Shown here: positions 62,292 through 64,000 of the stretch, piece after piece | How positions within the stretch are numbered: position 1 is the stretch's first letter | Layout: the number at the start of each line of letters is the position of its first letter | From: Alphaproteobacteria bacterium | GTDB taxonomy: Bacteria > Pseudomonadota > Alphaproteobacteria > Rs-D84 | Reading direction: 5' to 3' | DNA length: 64,000 bases | Assembly: GCA_017549445.1 (NCBI GenBank) | Contig: JAFYUU010000001.1 | Span: 16,332 to 80,331, forward strand | The notes under the pieces: generated by a model | What the model was told of the DNA's origin: nothing | Seen by the model: only the letters and a program-made list of their open reading frames with translations | Databases searched by the model: none | Translations under genes and position numbers: made by a program

Positions 62292-64000
62292 TTATTCCTG
62301 AATAAATCCACCGGACTGCATTCGCCACAGACGGGCATACTCGCCACGTTTACGCAATAATGCGTTATGGGTTCCCTGTTCAACGATATGACAATCTTTT
62401 AACACAATAATCCTATCCATATTACGCAAAGTTGACAGACGGTGGGCAATCGCAAGTGTGGTGCGACCACTGGCCAATTCATCAAATGACTTTTGGATAC
62501 TGGATTCGGTCTCACTGTCAAGGGCGGATGTGGCTTCGTCCAGAATCAATATAGGCGAATCCTTGAGAAATGCACGTGCAATCGCAACACGCTGGCGTTG
62601 ACCACCAGACAGTTTTATGCCACGGTCACCAACCATAGAATTATATTTCTTGTCTGTTGACATGATAAAGTCGTGGGCCATCGCACGACGAGATGCAGTT
62701 TGGATTTCTGACAGGGTCGCATTATGTTTGCCATAGGCAATGTTTTCACGCAATGTGCGATTAAACATCGTTGGTTCTTGGGGAATAAATGAAATCGCAT
62801 TACGCAAGGAATCCTGGGATACAGTGCGAATGTCTTGGCCGTCAATCAATATGTTCCCGTGGGTCGGATCATAAAAACGCATCAGTAAATTTACCAATGT
62901 TGTTTTACCCGCACCAGATGGACCAACCAATCCAACACGTTCGCCACACTTGATTTTCAGATTGAAATTCCGCAGAATCCATTTGCGTTTATAACGAAAT
63001 GATACATTTCTGAACTCGATTTTGCCACAGGTGACATTTAACGCAGGGGCGTTGGGAATGTCAGATACATCAATCGGCACAACCAATTCTTTATATGCCT
63101 TGGCCGCAGCCCCCAGTTTGTCCGAAATGGTCGGGACCTGGTTCATAATCTGACCAATTGTCCCCATAACTGTAAAGAACACAGAATTTGTAAATACTAT
63201 TTCGGCAATCGTTATCGCATCGTGCATGTATAACCACGCACATAAAAACAGGGTCAAACCATATGATAAATCCCATAATATAATCGGAACACCACGAAAG
63301 AAACGCTGGATAAACCAAGAATGAATTGTGGTGGTAATTGTCTTTTGACGAGAGGGTTCCAAATAACGGCGTTCATGTCCCGCACCAGAAAACAGTTTCA
63401 CAACAGAAAAATTAGAAATACTGTCTATGTTTTTACCTGACAATTCACTGGCGGCGGCACTGGCCGTTTTTGATGCACGGGTCATTGGCTTTATCATACG
63501 CCAACTGTATATCGCACGAAACACAAACACAAAACCAAATATAAATGCAACATAGGTGTTGATTGAAAATATTAAACCTACGTTTATCGCCACAACCGCC
63601 AACAGACAGATAATTCGCCAAAACTCGTCCACGGCACGAAAACCATCTGCGACATACATGATTTGTGTGTGAACCTTGCCCGACATGCGACCTGTCCAGA
63701 AAGACATGGACTGGGAATGAACATAATCGTTCAAGACAACTGATATTTTATTCTTTATCTTGGGGGCCCACCGTCCCAGAAACATTTCACGCAACAACAT
63801 ACTGCTGTCAATTATCAACAGTAAAACTGTTATCAAAATAATCGTTGGCATGGCATGTTGGATAAAGGTCATGTCAGGTGGGACTGGTTGCTCGAACAAA
63901 GCGATAAACCAACGTTGGAAATTAGGAAACAGAACACCGTCCATCGCAACAATGAAAAAGAATATCGCCCACGCAATCAATGCCCCAACAGCCCCTGGCA
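62292..64000 (-). CDS. ABC transporter, fused permease/ATPase (MsbA-like exporter), 5' end beyond the window
   Basis: Six-TM exporter domain plus an NBD with Walker A GPSGAGKTT, signature LSGGQRQR and Walker B ILILDEATSALD. The reading frame stays open to position 64000, so the TTG start at 63980 in the ORF track is doubtful. Confidence 0.9.
   Translation of the reverse strand, partial: PGAVGALIAWAIFFFIVAMDGVLFPNFQRWFIALFEQPVPPDMTFIQHAMPTIILITVLLLIIDSSMLLREMFLGRWAPKIKNKISVVLNDYVHSQSMSFWTGRMSGKVHTQIMYVADGFRAVDEFWRIICLLAVVAINVGLIFSINTYVAFIFGFVFVFRAIYSWRMIKPMTRASKTASAAASELSGKNIDSISNFSVVKLFSGAGHERRYLEPSRQKTITTTIHSWFIQRFFRGVPIILWDLSYGLTLFLCAWLYMHDAITIAEIVFTNSVFFTVMGTIGQIMNQVPTISDKLGAAAKAYKELVVPIDVSDIPNAPALNVTCGKIEFRNVSFRYKRKWILRNFNLKIKCGERVGLVGPSGAGKTTLVNLLMRFYDPTHGNILIDGQDIRTVSQDSLRNAISFIPQEPTMFNRTLRENIAYGKHNATLSEIQTASRRAMAHDFIMSTDKKYNSMVGDRGIKLSGGQRQRVAIARAFLKDSPILILDEATSALDSETESSIQKSFDELASGRTTLAIAHRLSTLRNMDRIIVLKDCHIVEQGTHNALLRKRGEYARLWRMQSGGFIQE

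Noticed and set aside
1-64000. A window-wide search for mobile-element hallmarks (integrase, transposase, relaxase, long terminal inverted repeats) and for rRNA genes.
   Set aside because: No ORF shows tyrosine/serine recombinase, DDE transposase or relaxase motifs. The only tRNA-associated repeat is the 21-nt tRNA-Trp fragment. The accessory patches therefore look like old, immobilised insertions rather than active elements.

Overview
This is a 64-kb chromosomal window from a compact, fairly AT-rich genome. It looks alphaproteobacterial (GapR/DUF2312 gene, Cys-free L31, vir-type type IV secretion genes scattered among housekeeping genes) and probably host-associated. That placement is inference from the sequence only; no database search was possible. 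I call about 57 protein genes, 3 tRNAs (Trp-CCA, Gln-UUG, Glu-CUC), one gene remnant, and several intrinsic terminators and promoter-like sites. I found no rRNA, CRISPR array, IS element or integrase. The housekeeping blocks are: rplJ'-rplA-rplK-nusG-secE-tRNA-Trp; yidC-lspA-kef-rsmA-recR-dac-pyk; gapR, pyrG, comEC, truA-fmt-def, rmuC; a marR-tolC-mfp-RND efflux operon; suhB-like and rpmE; uvrD, dnaQ, ppdK, pta/ptb-like, a VIT-family gene and an msbA-like ABC gene. Five parts are not housekeeping. (1) A stand-alone virB8-virB9-virB10 module in which VirB9 carries a C-terminal SPOR domain and VirB10 carries an Ig-like insert and a 210-aa Cys-rich tail. (2) A five-gene array of paralogous polytopic membrane proteins (tentatively VirB6/TrbL-like), arranged 1 + 4 around a perfect 12-bp palindrome. 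(3) Five secreted cysteine-rich proteins flanking ppdK. Three are ~700-aa paralogs of an unrecognised family, two of which share a 122-nt nearly identical block. A fourth is built of eukaryote-like CxxCP repeats. (4) A tRNA-Gln to tRNA-Glu islet holding a Slam/DUF560-like outer-membrane protein, a trypsin-like protease, an HExxH protein, an APH-like kinase and an acetyltransferase remnant. (5) An ART-like/HD fusion protein. It and the HExxH protein both sit behind perfect TTGACA-16-TATAAT promoters with essentially no leader. All family assignments rest on motifs read by eye and need HMM or structure confirmation.
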